From Octopus sinensis (lineage: Eukaryota), in contig NW_021836664.1 in the NCBI RefSeq assembly GCF_006345805.1, positions 1 through 23,155 on the forward strand: DNA of 23,155 bases, read 5' to 3'. Below the pieces are notes generated by a model. It did no database searches, was not told where the DNA came from, and was given only the letters and a program-made list of their open reading frames with translations. Positions 1 through 12,372 of the stretch are shown one piece after another (position 1 is the stretch's first letter; every line of letters begins with the position of its first letter). The position numbers and the translations under genes were made by a program.

Positions 1-348
1 CTTAACAAACAATGCTCATACAGATACGCACACACTTATACACACATGGGCACAGACACACACGGACATTCACGTGCTTAAGCGCACACACGCACACAAG
101 CACACGAACGCACATTGCGCCCACATAACTCCCCCCCCCACACACACACACACACTCACACACACGCATGAACAAAATCACATAGACACCGATACATATA
201 CATACACATAATATATGCCTCCACGCGCACACACACATACACATACGTATCCACATATACATACGTATACACATATAGACACAGACACACACACGCATAC
301 TAAAACATATCTACACATGCAAGCACATATCTACACTTACACACACAT
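1..348. repeat. Degenerate (CA)n/(CATA)n microsatellite
   Basis: CA- and CATA-rich tandem low-complexity sequence; ORF 2..298 is its shadow. Confidence 0.95.
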
Positions 349-349
349 T

Positions 350-630
350 CCTCCTCCTCTACCACTCTCCTGTCTTTGAAAGAACGTTTCTTCACCCATT
401 TCCTTACGGTCATTCAAAATGTGACGGCGTGTGTACCGTTGGCGATCTTTTTTCCTCTGTCTTCCCTTCTCAGGATCTTTACTTCTCGTATGTTTCCGAT
501 GAAGAGCTCCGCTCGATACGTTAAACCCTCCTTCTTTACTTTTTCCTGAGCGTCCAATAATACTATATTTGTTCCACGTCCTCGCGTTGTTGTGTTTCTT
601 TGTGCTTTCTTGTTTGGATTAAATTTAACT
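350..630 (+). mobile_element. Penelope-like element pseudo-LTR/tail fragment (copy A)
   Basis: Homologous to 22454-22722. Contains a minimal hammerhead-like motif (..GATGAAGAGC-TCC-GCTCGA.ACGTT) of the kind found in Penelope pLTRs and ends in an AT microsatellite. Confidence 0.6.
492..526 (+). ncRNA. Degenerate minimal type I hammerhead ribozyme (copy A)
   Basis: GTTT-CCGATGA-A-GAGC-TCC-GCTC-GATAC-GTT-AAAC. Stem I is GTTT/AAAC, stem II is GAGC/GCTC, stem III is loopless. The core deviates from CUGANGA/GAAA at U4C and A14U. Confidence 0.6.
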
Positions 631-674
631 ATATATATATACATGTGTGTGTGTCTATATAAATATATATATAT

Positions 675-2954
675 GAGAGCATACTTTCGATATGAGAGAA
701 AGGCAAAACCCAGATTGGTTCAATGCTGGGCTCTCAGAGCTGGAGCCAGTTATCGAAGCAAAGCGTGCAGCTCTGATGCAATACAAGAGTGACTCTTCTA
801 CAAAGTCACTCGAAGAACTCAGAAAGGCACGAAATAAAACCCAACTGACAGCCAGACGCTGTGCAAATAGGTATTGGCAGGAAATCTGTCAGAGTATCCA
901 GTCAGCTGCTGACATGGGTGACACCTGTGGGATGTATGGCGGTTTGAAGAAGGCCCTCGGTCCATCCGCAACAAAGTCAGCCCCTCTGAAATCAACTACT
1001 GGAGATCTCATCAGGGATCAAGGCAAGCAAATGTATAGATGGGTGGAGCACTGCCAGGATCTCTACACTCGGGAGACTACAGTGGCTGAGGCTGCAGTCG
1101 AGAGCATCAAGATCTTGCCAGTCATGTGCGAACTTGACAGTCCGCCATCTATAGCAGAGCTCACCAAGGTTGTTGACTCCCTAGCAAGAAATAAGGCTCC
1201 GTGAAAAGACGGCATCCCCTCAGAGATCATCAAAGCCGGCAAAAACACCATCCTGCTTCGGCACCTTCATGAGCTTCTGTGTTAGTGCTGGGAAGAGGGT
1301 ACAGTCCCTCAGGATATGCGGGATGCGAACATCATTACGCTTTACAAAAACAAAGGTGACCGTGGTGATTGTAACAATTACCGTGGTATATCCCTTCTAA
1401 GCACTGTTGGAAAGACCTTTGCCCGCGTTATCCTGGCCAGGCTACAACTACTTGCTTCTCGAATATATCCGGAATCGCAGTGTGGCTTTAGAAGAAGCAG
1501 ATCAACTATCGATATGATATTCTCCATACGCCAACTTCAGGAGAAGTCCAGAGAGCAGAAAATGCCATTATATATGGCCTTCATTGATCTAACAAAGGCT
1601 TTTGACTCGGTAAGCAGAACAGGCCTCTTCATCCTGCTCCAAAAAATCGGATGTCCACCAAAGCTGCTGAGGATCATCAAGTCTTTCCATGATGACATGC
1701 AAGGCACCATACAGCACAACGGTTCAACATCAGCCGCCTTTCAAATAAAAAACGGGGTAAAGCAAGGTTGTGTCCTCGCTCCTACATTGTTTGGCATCTT
1801 CTCGCTCTTACTTTCACATGCCTTTCAGACATCAGATGATGGAGTGCTTCTGCATAGTAGAAGTGACGGGAATCTGTTCAATCTCTCGCGCCTGCGTGCC
1901 AAGATGAAAATCAGAAACGTCCTGATCAAGGAGATGTTATTTGCTGATGATGCCGCTCTGGTAACACACACAGAAGAAGCCCTCCAAAGGTTCATTAACT
2001 GTTTTGAGCAAGCATGTAACGACTTTGGCTTAGCTATCAGCCTTAAGAAGACCAACATCATGGGCCAGGCTACATCGGACATCCCAAACATACATATTGG
2101 AGACCACAGATTACAAGAGGTGGAGAAGTTTACCTATCTGGGCTCTACCGTCACCTACAGCCTATCCCTTGACGCTGAGCTCAATATACGCATTGGCAAG
2201 GCAGCTGCTGCGATGGCTCACCTCTCCAAACGGGCTTGGGACAACAATAAGCTGACCAAGACCACGAAAATGAAGATCTACCAGGCATGTGTACTCAGCA
2301 CTCTACTGTATGGAAGTGAGACCTGGACGATATACACACGCCAAAGGCGTCGCCTAAACATCTTTCACCTGCGCTGCCTCCGAAAAATCCTCCGCATCAA
2401 ATGGCAGAATCATATCCCCAACAAAGATGTCCTCAGGCAAGCAGGAATACCAAGCATGTTTGCATTCCTCACGCAAAGACGTATGAGATGACTTGGGCAT
2501 GTTAGCCGTATGAAAGATGGCAGAATCCCCAAGGACATACTCTACGGAGAGCTTGCTAGGGGTACTAGGTCTGTGGGTAGACCGATCTTACGTTACAAGG
2601 ATGTTTGCAAAAGGGATATGAAGGCCTGCAACATCAATATTAGCGGTTGGGAGGCAGTTGCCGGCAATCGTGGAAAATGGCGACGTACCGTAAAAGAGGG
2701 AATACAAAGGAGTGACAGAGAGAGAGAGGAGAAATGGAGAGAAAAGAAGAGACGTCAACAAGAGACTATGGCATTACAACCAGCCAGGAACAGTCATCGC
2801 TACATTTGCGGTACCTGCCAGAGGGAGTGTTTGTCCAGGATAGGACTACACAGCCACAGCAGGAAACGTATCAGGACATGAAATATAAAAGCAGGACTAG
2901 ACTACTTTATGCGCAACTCCATTATCTCCCGAGACTGAAAGGATGCCAACCAAC
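675..2954 (+). mobile_element. 5'-truncated RTE-clade LINE
   Basis: RT domain, C-terminal zinc finger, RTE-type 3' end CGAGACTGAAAGGATGCC followed by (CAAC)2, and a candidate TSD AAATATATATATAT at 661-674 and 2955-2968 (low complexity). No endonuclease domain. Absent from the paralogous site near 22723-22800. Confidence 0.95.
692..2881 (+). pseudogene. RTE LINE reverse transcriptase ORF interrupted by three in-frame stops
   Basis: ORFs 692-1204, 1316-2491 and 2510-2881 share one frame, with stops at 1202-1204, 1283-1285 and 2489-2491. Motifs: NYRGISLLS, QCGFR, FIDLTKAFDSV, GVKQGCVLAPTLF, LFADD, FTYLGS, LLYGSETW, RR.R(W)LGHV.RM, C..C...C.SRIGL.SH. Confidence 0.95.
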
Positions 2955-2997
2955 AAATATATATATATATAAATATGTAGAAATATGTGTGTGTGTG

Positions 2998-3310
2998 TAC
3001 TAGCAGACATACCCGTCATTGCTGGGGATTAAAATGGCAAAGTGGGTATATAATATATACCAGTCATTTTGAAACAGGTGATACGGGAAAGTGCAACATT
3101 GACAACAAAACATTTGTAGAGTAAATGCTGGGCTAATTCGACTAAGCAACATGCTATGCGTCCGTTTGGAGTGTTTCAGGCCCTAACCTGTCATGCAAAA
3201 TTAGAGGAGGGGTTTGTGTGATTTTTGAACGTACCGAAAACTGTCAGTGGATATACTCTCCTTTGCAGCAGTGTGCGCTGTGTCTAACACGACCCATCAT
3301 CGGAAATTTT
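2998..3310 (+). repeat. Segmental duplication block, copy A (paralog of 22844-23155)
   Basis: Colinear and highly similar from TACTAGC.GACATACC to CATCGGAAATTTT. It follows the same Penelope tail and microsatellite as in copy B. Confidence 0.9.
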
Positions 3311-3697
3311 GACACCTCACGTCGGGTTTGTTGTCCTACATCACTCATAGAGTAAATTTGGAGGAACTGTGGTTGTTCATTTGCGGGTACCAGAGAACCA
3401 ATGAGGGGATAGACTTGCCCTTGAACTTTGACGTCGGCGTAAATTCATGTTTATCTATCTTCTTAGGTTCACCAAACGATGTCATTTGAAATTCAGAGTT
3501 GTATTGTCTGATATTGTTCAGAAAATCGTTTGACTGGATTAAAGCGCCTTCTAGAAGATTCCTAAGGGGTTGAGATGGTAGTGTTGGTAATGATACCTGT
3601 CCGAATATGTTGACATCTATTGCATTGTTTTAAGTTTTAAACGATAATAAATACCCTGAAGTTCTATTTATATGATGCTATTTCTATTTTTTCACAG

Positions 3698-3749
3698 AAC
3701 CGTTTCATCTCCAAGAAATCTCTCGACGATAAACCTGATGACACACCAA
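3698..3749 (+). CDS. Internal micro-exon of short-chain collagen C4-like gene (NRFISKKSLDDKPDDTP, phase 0 to 1)
   Basis: Polypyrimidine tract plus CACAG acceptor, A|GTAAG donor, open frame whose end phase (1) matches the next exon. No homology support for the peptide itself. Confidence 0.65.
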
Positions 3750-3999
3750 GTAAGAACTAATTTTATGGCTAAAGTCTTTTACCCGTGTCTCCTTAACTAA
3801 TGGTTTACAATTTTACCAACTTCGAATTAGTTCCACATTACTATCCACATGTCCAAAATAGTATATACTAAGACACTTGCCTGCATTTATTTCAAAATAT
3901 ATTCTACTTTACAATAAATTCCTAAATAAATTGTTACTCTAATATACTATGCCATTAATTGTGTGTATATGAGTATATATGCAGTGCTACGTAGATAAT

Positions 4000-6000
4000 T
4001 ATTTCGGCCCGCACGGTTCCTCTGAGGGAGCTCTTTCCGAGTGTTCTAGTCGGCCGGTACATTCACTGTGAAATCATTAGAGTGCTCAGAGTGAGCCCAG
4101 CCGGCTTGCATACGAAAAGCATGAATGCCCTCTTCATCTGAGAATCAAATGCGCGAACTGGCGTTTCACTGCGTTTATAACTACAATTCAGCAGTCTGTC
4201 CACTCTTGTGCTTCCAATCGTTCGTGAATAGAGACCCGAAATAATGATGTTCCACTTTCCTACACAGTGCGTATTTGTCAATCCTGCTTTGGTGTACTCG
4301 GCAGCCAACCAATTCAGTGCACGTTGTTCGTGACCATCAGACGAATCAGGTAGCAGCATGTCGTCTACAAATCACACGCCACCGATCACGTAGAGATGAA
4401 TTGGGATACCTCTACCACAATGGCTGCGCATATTCAACCAGATCACAAAAAAGAATGTGAGAGGGGGCACTAACAATGCACACTTCAACTAAGTGAAAAC
4501 TTCTCGTTGAAAACTTTCGACTTTTACATAAATACAAACATTTGAACATCCATATATGTACTTTATGGCAACCAGTATTTGCCCATCAAACTCACCTTCC
4601 TGGTAAACCATCCGCAACATTCCCCAGGTCACGTGATCATGTGCCTTTTCGTGGTTTACAGCGTATAAACCTTGGAAATATTTCAATGTTTGCTGGAATA
4701 TCTGTCTTTGAATGACTTTCAGGTCGGGTGTAGTTCGTCCAGGACAGTAACCTTTGGCACGACAATTTCCCTACATATCTTTTCCTGACATCTAGTGTAG
4801 ACTTTTCTATAATTGGAACACACTCATTGGTCTCTGTTTGAAAAAATTGTGATTGTCACCCCATATTTCCATTGCCTTGGTGTTTTTTCCAGAGGTCCCA
4901 TCCACCTAGCATACATGGGTCACTCAGAGAATATCATCTGTATTTAAGGTTTCTAAAATATCAAGCCGGACGTGCTTTTCACCAGCAGCTTTACCACTTT
5001 TAAGTGAGTTTAGCTCAAATAAGCGTTCAACCGAAGAAGAACCTGCCGAAAAAAATAATACAATCACGAATTCATTTCGATGTCGAACTTCATTCAGGCG
5101 GATCACTCTCAATTTGGATGCAAAGGTCTCCACATTTTTGTTTCTGATCCCAGCATCCACTGCGCCTTCCAACTCTATTCTGTAGGTCGCACTGGACTTA
5201 CCAATTTCCAGTGTTCGGTAGACTGTAGGAATTTTCAGGTTTTTAGACGTTTAGGTAGTGACGAGTTGACAACTCCGCCCCTTCCTTTTACCCGAACGTT
5301 CAGCAAAGAGTGAAAGAGGACCGAACCTAATCAGAAACCTCTGTCACCAAGTATTTCTATACCAGGCACCCTTATAAATATCCCTGTCTTAAAATAATAT
5401 CTATACCATAGAGTGGAGAGTGTGTATCCTGCACAGAAGGCTGCTACGACCTGTCTATTAAGTTCACTGACGACATTCCTTCCAATCAATCCTTCTCACG
5501 ATTATCAGTGCCAAGGTGTGCACTGAAGTCTCCTTGCGGGACAAATGACTTTACCCCAAATATATCTAAAGCTGAGGTGAATTTGCTTAGGAAGGTTTTG
5601 TATTTGACGCCGATGTTTGCTGCATATACTTTCAGCAGCCATAGTGGTCTTTCATATTCAGCCTTAGCTTCAAGAGGTGAACCCTCACACCTAGTAAGTT
5701 TCACTCCATAATACAATCCGAAAGCTGGGGATTGAGAGTATCCTAATCCCACCTGTGCAGATATTGTTGGCACCACAGTTGCGTAGTGGAGTTTCAAGCC
5801 TATATCCAAGTGTACGCTGTCGGAAAAACGAAATTTTGTAGAGGAGACACCGATTATATCTTACAGGCAGATTATATCTAACAATTTTGACGTTTTAATT
5901 CTCAATTATTAAAGGTTGTTCCCTTCTTCATCTGCTTTGGTTTCCTGAGACCGTCAATTTTGTGCTCCCACCTCACGCACCCCAGATTCAGTTGCAGGCT
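4000..6000 (-). mobile_element. Old, decayed RTE-clade LINE (Expander/Rex3-like) with APE endonuclease and RT remnants
   Basis: Minus-strand remnants: DIIGVSSTKFRFSDSVHLDIGLKLHY and LKVYAAN...QGDFSAHLGTD (APE); LKSGKAAGE, EKICREIVVPK, HEKAHDHV...DGQILVAIKYIY and DDMLLPDSS...QRALNWLAAEYTKAGL (RT). Many frameshifts and deletions; boundaries approximate. Confidence 0.85.
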
Positions 6001-6584
6001 TCTTGCTGGTTGCACCGGTGTTGGGTGTGTTGTGCTATACATTTATCGAATGGACTCCTCTACTCGAGATCCGGATGCGATGTCTTTTAACTAAATTGAC
6101 AAATGATGCGGTATGGTTGTTATTTTCATATTGTAGTTATGATGGCCTTATTTGCGCTGAGCTCCAAACTGATGTTTGTAATTGACCGATGAATATTCGC
6201 ACCTGGCGAATATTTTATCATTATTCTATTGAGTTGTATCAATATTCTATTGAGAAGTATATATACTCATACCCAAGTTTACGTATCATACATACATCCG
6301 TTCTTAGCGGAGACCGATACACATTCTGATATTCTGAGATTAATCTCTCAAATCTTTGACATCAACGTCACCAACAGGCTCAACAGACAAATGTCTTTTT
6401 TCTTTCTTTACAATTTATTCTTATTATTTACATCTTTCGTTCTGACTTTCATTCATTCACTCGTTCTTTCTTAAGTTCTATATTTCTCTCTTCTCCATCA
6501 ATTCCTTCCCATCCAACATCCTACTTTGTAAATGATCCCCCAATTCTTTCTTTTAAACTACATTATTTCATTTTAATTTCGCAG

Positions 6585-6659
6585 AACCCGGTCTCGGATC
6601 ATTGTATACCCGGTGGGGCAGAACAACTTGTCCTCCTTATTCAAACCTTGTATATGACG
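6585..6659 (+). CDS. Exon of short-chain collagen C4-like gene (KPGLGSLYTRWGRTTCPPYSNLVYDG, phase 1 to 1)
   Basis: TTTCGCAG acceptor and G|GTTAGT donor. The 75-nt exon encodes the YTRWGRTTCP...LVY.G motif that starts this NC1-like domain and is in phase with 9171. Confidence 0.92.
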
Positions 6660-7821
6660 GTTAGTATACTTTATATTTCTGACCTCTCATTCTCTTTTTG
6701 TTTTCCTCTTGTTCTTTTTTTATACCTCTCATTCTCTCTTTTTGTTGCCTCTCTTTCTCTCTCACCCTCTCTCTCACGCACATGCACACACACTCAACCT
6801 TTGTCGGGTTGTCTGACATAAACATTCTCAAATCCTCTTATGATATGTCACGTTTCAAACGTCTATACCTGTAGACTATACAGACACTACACAAGACTGC
6901 TTACTCTTTGTAGGTATTTGGTCAAATCAGAATATTGTATGTTGTCTACTACGAACCAAGTGAAAAGGATGTTGTCTAACCACAGAATATAGATATCTCT
7001 ACGTTAAATTACAAATAGGGGCTGGACTGAAAACCACCATGGCGATCATGAATTTCAGGCTGACCAGCTTTGGATTGTAGATATCAAATACCGAGGCCGC
7101 AAACTGGTGATCAAGTGTACTGGCTACGGATGGTGGTATTGTACGTGAGTTACCAGAGCTGAAAAGTGGCCACTTGACTATCTTTAACTAGAGTGCCCAA
7201 TGATCGTAGGTGTGGGCTAAATTTAATAGAGTCTATTAGAATTGATGACAGTGACTGTAAATTTTTAATGAAATGAACGCACAATGTAGAATGAGGACTG
7301 GACAAGCCACATACTGTAACTGATGGAAAAAGCTAAGGACTTTATTCATTAAGTAAAATAGAGAGAGACTAAATATTAGTGAGAGAACACAACAGAGTAC
7401 AGAATGCACTTCTATTCTTCTCCGCCTCACCGAAATCGTCCTATCGCTAAAACCTTGCTCTTTTCATGCACCACATCACCTCATTAATTATCCAGTATAA
7501 CTTTGTAAGGTAATTCCGAAACTTCCAATTCAAAACTGCTGCTACAAACCTCATCCCCAATCAACCTCACGTTCCTTAAAAATGCTCTGTATCTGCTCTT
7601 TATAAATCCTACACGTATCCTTTATCGATCGCCGACTCCATCACCAAAATATCCCCGTTCACTCGTGAACACATTTTCCATTTCGGATAAACACGAGTAC
7701 ATGCGTTACCGAATTCCTTTCTTTTTCTCCTTCAATTAACATCCTCGCAAAACACTTCCCCATGCAAACTTACATAATAATCCACATCGTATCCCCAAAT
7801 ACTTACCCGTATACACACAAC

Positions 7822-7977
<156 letters not shown>

Positions 7978-9170
7978 TGATTCAGATGAATATGTTACTT
8001 AAGGTGATTAAAATTAAAATAAGCAACGATGATATCCAGAGATAATGCAGTACGTTCGTTTCATGCAACTCCAGTTAATTGAACAATGCAATCATTACAT
8101 CAGTTTAAAATTTAGAGCAATCCTCGGCTGCTAAAAGACGTAGCATTTAATTAAATTAGAACAGATGGACACATTTGTATAATTATACCTAAAATCCCCA
8201 AGAAATTACATAGAACATGTTGTCTCTACTTCAGCATAGCAGTTACTAAAATTATCAAGAAGACTCAACTTACCACTGATTTTTTGTCTTTATGGGGTCA
8301 GTTTTAATTGTTTAAAAATCCTTTGTATATCTAAGGCTGAGAGAACATGGGGCAGTATCTGTTAGGGGGAGGGATGAGGTAGTAGATATACATTCTAGTT
8401 AGTATAATTATAAAAAAATCAAGAATCATTATAAGCAATACCATGAGGTTTAGTAAGGGAAAACTTAAAACAAGGTGTTAGCTGATAATTAAGGGGGTCG
8501 CACACTGGCAGACTATTGACAATGAAACGGAATGTCTTATCATATATTATAGTTAAATATTTTAAACAATGTTGCTATGAATACAGTTGAAGTTTAGGGT
8601 TTTCCAAAGGATTATTAAGAAGAATATTATAACAAAATGATAGAAATTGTTGAATACTTATTGTATTCATAAGTATTCATAAATTTCTTGATAATTTTAT
8701 TAACTTCTAAGTTGAAGTAGAGACAAACAGTTCTTTGTGTATCTCCTTAACTTCTTAGAGATTTTAGGTATAATTATACTAATGTGTCAATCTGTTTTAA
8801 TTTAATTAAATTCTATGTATTTGTGCAGCTGAAGATTCCTCTATATTTTAAATTAATGCAATGATTGTATTGTTCAATTAAATGGAGTTGCATGAAACAA
8901 TCGTACTGCATTATCTCTGGATATCCTTGTTGCTTACTTCGATATATATATATATATATATATGAAGAGAATGCAAATGCACATCTAGGATTTCATGCAT
9001 ACAGCAACACTGCTTACACTCACATAAGCACTAACACATACACCACAATTCGTTCATACGCGACTAAACATGACTCCTTTTAAGGGTCAAATTGTAATGA
9101 ATATTTCCGTTATTTTATATATAATTTTGCTTAATATCTTTTTTACTTGATATATTCTTACCAATTCTAG

Positions 9171-9667
9171 GTGTGGTTGGTGGACAACATCAAACCCATA
9201 CTGGTGGCGGAAGCAATCTGTTGTGTTTACCTAACGATCCCATTTGGGCCAATTATACTACAGAAGTTGAAAAAGGTGGTTACATTTATGGCAGTGAATA
9301 TGAAATTTCCCACTACTCAAATAAACTCTTTTCTTTTGCTAACGCTAAATCACTTCATGATCACAACGTTCCGTGCGCTGTCTGTTTGACACGACAACCT
9401 GCTGTTGTTATGATGTTACCAGCCAGGACAAAGTGTTACGCTGGTTGGACAGCTGAGTATTCAGGATATTTGATGACCGAATGTCATAGTCATAAGGGCA
9501 GACATGAATATGTGTGTGTGGATTATGCACCAGAAGCTGATCCAGCAGGCTACAGAAACGAAAATGGAGCTTTATTTTATTTCGTTCAGGCTTCATGTGG
9601 TTCATTGCCATGTCCACCGTATGTCAATGGTCAAGAATTAACCCGCGTTGTGTGCAGTAAATATTGA
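9171..9667 (+). CDS. Terminal exon of short-chain collagen C4-like (spongin/collagen IV NC1-related) protein
   Basis: TTCTAG acceptor at 9165-9170, phase 1. Family motifs GGGSNLLCLP, YGSEYE, HDHNVPCAVC, MLPARTKCYAGWTAEYSGYLM, YVCVD.APE, GALFYFV...CGSLPCPPY...ELT.VVCSK, then stop TGA. Confidence 0.95.
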
Positions 9668-9713
9668 ATAGAAATTAAAATCGCTTCCATATGAAAATAT
9701 CTCTGTGACTTAC

Positions 9714-9719
9714 AATAAA
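9714..9719 (+). terminator. Candidate polyadenylation signal AATAAA
   Basis: 47 nt after the stop codon. Further AATAAA hexamers at 9778-9783 and 9936-9941. Confidence 0.5.
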
Positions 9720-11163
9720 TAATATAAATTTTCAATTTTGTTACCTAATATTTTCTTTAAAGTATGTCTATCGTTACAATAAACCGTTATACTAGTTTAC
9801 AGAAGATATTCAAACAATACAAAAGAGGCGACCTAGAATGCCAGAAATATCCTCAAAATCAAGAAAAATCTAAATCTGTCGAAATGATTCTAGAAAACAT
9901 TTTGTAAGATTTCAGTTTATCAAACTTATCGTTGAAATAAAATGTTATTTTGTTTAACAGTATTTTGTCTTCTGTCTCATGATTCAACAAACCCCAAATA
10001 AAGTACCACCATAGAATTATATCAGCTTTTCATGCACAGACTTAGAAAATCTAATACTCGACGCTACTATCTCAGACATCTTGGTTTTCAAATTACAAAT
10101 CGGATTCTGACAAGGAGCCATGAACCGCTACATTACTTAGCACGGAACTTAACTGATTCTTTCAACAACAACCAGATACTTCCACACAATACATTCTATT
10201 TGCCGTTATTAATCAGGAAAGCTTTCCGTTCCATTCCAACCCCATATCTTATAAAACCTATTTATCGTCTACTTTACAAATATCACAAAATGTTCAATTT
10301 AAGCTTTCTGAGAATGTGGAATTTACACGATCAATCGTTCAAAAGTCAGTATAAATGAGTACTGGTCTTGCCAACCTAAATCTATATCACAAAATTCCCA
10401 CCTCTCTTCAAAATAGGATACAAAATGAAACTCGATGCACACAACATACACGTCATACACTAAATGCTGATATACAAGAATAAGAAATGAAATCAACCAG
10501 AAAAATTGCCTCATTTCGACAGCAGAGAACATCAAATAAGACGATTTCTTTCACTCATCTACGTAAACATACCAGAACCGAAGAAAGGATGGATCCTAGA
10601 AGCTGAATACATTTCATGCGAAACGAATACAACACCCATAAAAGTTAGAGTAAAGAGAGCAAATATAGTCAGGGCAAGCACGGATGCTGTGTGTAAGAAG
10701 GCTGAGATGTTGTGACCGTCACGTTATATCCAATAGGATTCATGACAGTATGTTGGAGTGTGTCGAATATTTGTTAGATAAGCGAAGGGTTCGGTTAACA
10801 GCATCAAGCTGCAATAAAGATTAAAGATTATTAATGTTTACTATCCCACTATTATTAGTCTAATGGGTAAATCTGCTTCCGCTTCTCTAGATTACAAATA
10901 TTTTCTTGGTTGTAAATCGTAAACAATTGCAGAGAATACGGACGCTGGTAGATCTTCAAATTCATCTTTTGATTCAGCGGCATAATTAGACAGTTAAAAC
11001 GACCGCCAGGTGTTTAAGCTGTACAGAGCATGCGCAGCTGCATAGGCAACACGCCATTACAATAGGAAAAATTATGGGACTTTGTTGAAATCTGACATGG
11101 CTGTAAGATTTATTTTGTAGCTTACTTCGAATTAACCTTATTTCGAGGGCCAAACCGAGAGTG

Positions 11164-11164
<1 letters not shown>

Positions 11165-11201
<37 letters not shown>

Positions 11202-11232
11202 ATACACACACACACACAGACACACACACCTT

Positions 11233-11278
<46 letters not shown>
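11165..11278. repeat. (CA)n(TA)n compound microsatellite
   Basis: Direct reading of the sequence. Confidence 0.95.
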
Positions 11279-11615
11279 ATGTGGTCAAACTATTCTGAGG
11301 GGTCTAATATGCTTCATCAAAGAAAATTTAATCATAACTATGGAATTCCGTCGTCGTACATATGCAGTCCATACGGAAGGTGCACTTGCGAATTGAGTTT
11401 CAAATGGGAGACACTGTACCTGTATGTTTTTGCTATGATTTATAAAACAAGAAGAAAAGTATTCAAAGCTAGTGATAATGACTAGCTAAAAATATGTATG
11501 AATGTCATTATTCGGTTTTAATAGAATATTTCTGGTCAACAGAAATAGAGACGGCTTCTAACTTAGTTCCAAGTATCTTCATTGGAATTTCAACAACATG
11601 AACAGGATATTTTTT

Positions 11616-11839
11616 GTATGTATGCATGTATGTATGTATGTATGTATGTATGTATGTATGTATGTATGTATGTGTATGATGAAATATGAATATGTATGTA
11701 TGTAATGTATGTATGTATGTATGTATGTATGTGTGTACGTATGTATGTATTATGCGTATGCATGTATGCTGCATCATGTATGTATGCATGTATGTATGTA
11801 TGTATGCATGTATGTATGTATGTAAGCATGTATGTATGT
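11616..11839. repeat. (TATG)n microsatellite
   Basis: Direct reading of the sequence. Confidence 0.95.
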
Positions 11840-12372
11840 CAGGTCACTTTCGTGTGCTACTGGTAACATGTAACCCAGTACAACTGTTGCATTGTCGGGT
11901 CGTCGGCGACCAAATCGGCAACCACCTAAGCTTGCTTGGTGAGGAGGGAGTTATTGGACACCTGCGGGATGAAAAACAAAACCCGTCAAAGAGCGAGGCA
12001 CTCTTGAGAGTCAACGGCCATCCAATATATGTGTTAAGCTGTATCATGTGCGGGAAATAGAAATAATCGGACTGAATACCCGATCGCGCGGTTAAACCAT
12101 TGGGAGTGAAGGACTCCTAGACTTTGTTAGTGCATCCTTCTAGGAGAAGTTACTCAGGTAACTGGATGACTCCGATATAAACCTGCGGCTCATGGTTACC
12201 GATGATGTTAACTTGTTCTTCTTTCGGATTATGGCTGCTGTTGCTTATGACTTGGATTGACAGTGCACAGCCTTTCCTCACTATAAAAAAATCTTCATGC
12301 ACAGGCATTGCAAGATAACATATTGATTAAGCTTCGTGCATGCCCATACTCGATGACGAGGGAGCAGCCACC
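11840..12372 (+). mobile_element. Non-autonomous RTE-derived element, copy 1
   Basis: Direct repeat of 12938-13487 and non-coding. Carries a GGCATCC.TTCTAGGAGAAG..AACTC motif resembling RTE 5'UTRs and an RTE-like 3' end (CTCGATGACGAGGG.GCAGCCACC) running into (TATG)n. Family assignment is from recollection. Confidence 0.55.

Noticed and set aside
2998-3030. Helitron/Helentron-like terminus (TACTAGCAGACATACCCGTCATTGCTGGGG)
   Set aside because: Resembles such ends from memory, but is degenerate and no matching opposite terminus was identified.
7200-7760. Possible minus-strand L1/Tx1-like 3' remnant
   Set aside because: One weak peptide resemblance (EVMWCMKR) and no open frame; insufficient evidence.
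9790-10730. ORF 10032-10358 and surrounding sequence as a gene or LINE remnant
   Set aside because: Only faint resemblance to a LINE C-terminus (NLNLYHKIP, RANIVRAST); no diagnostic motif I can support.
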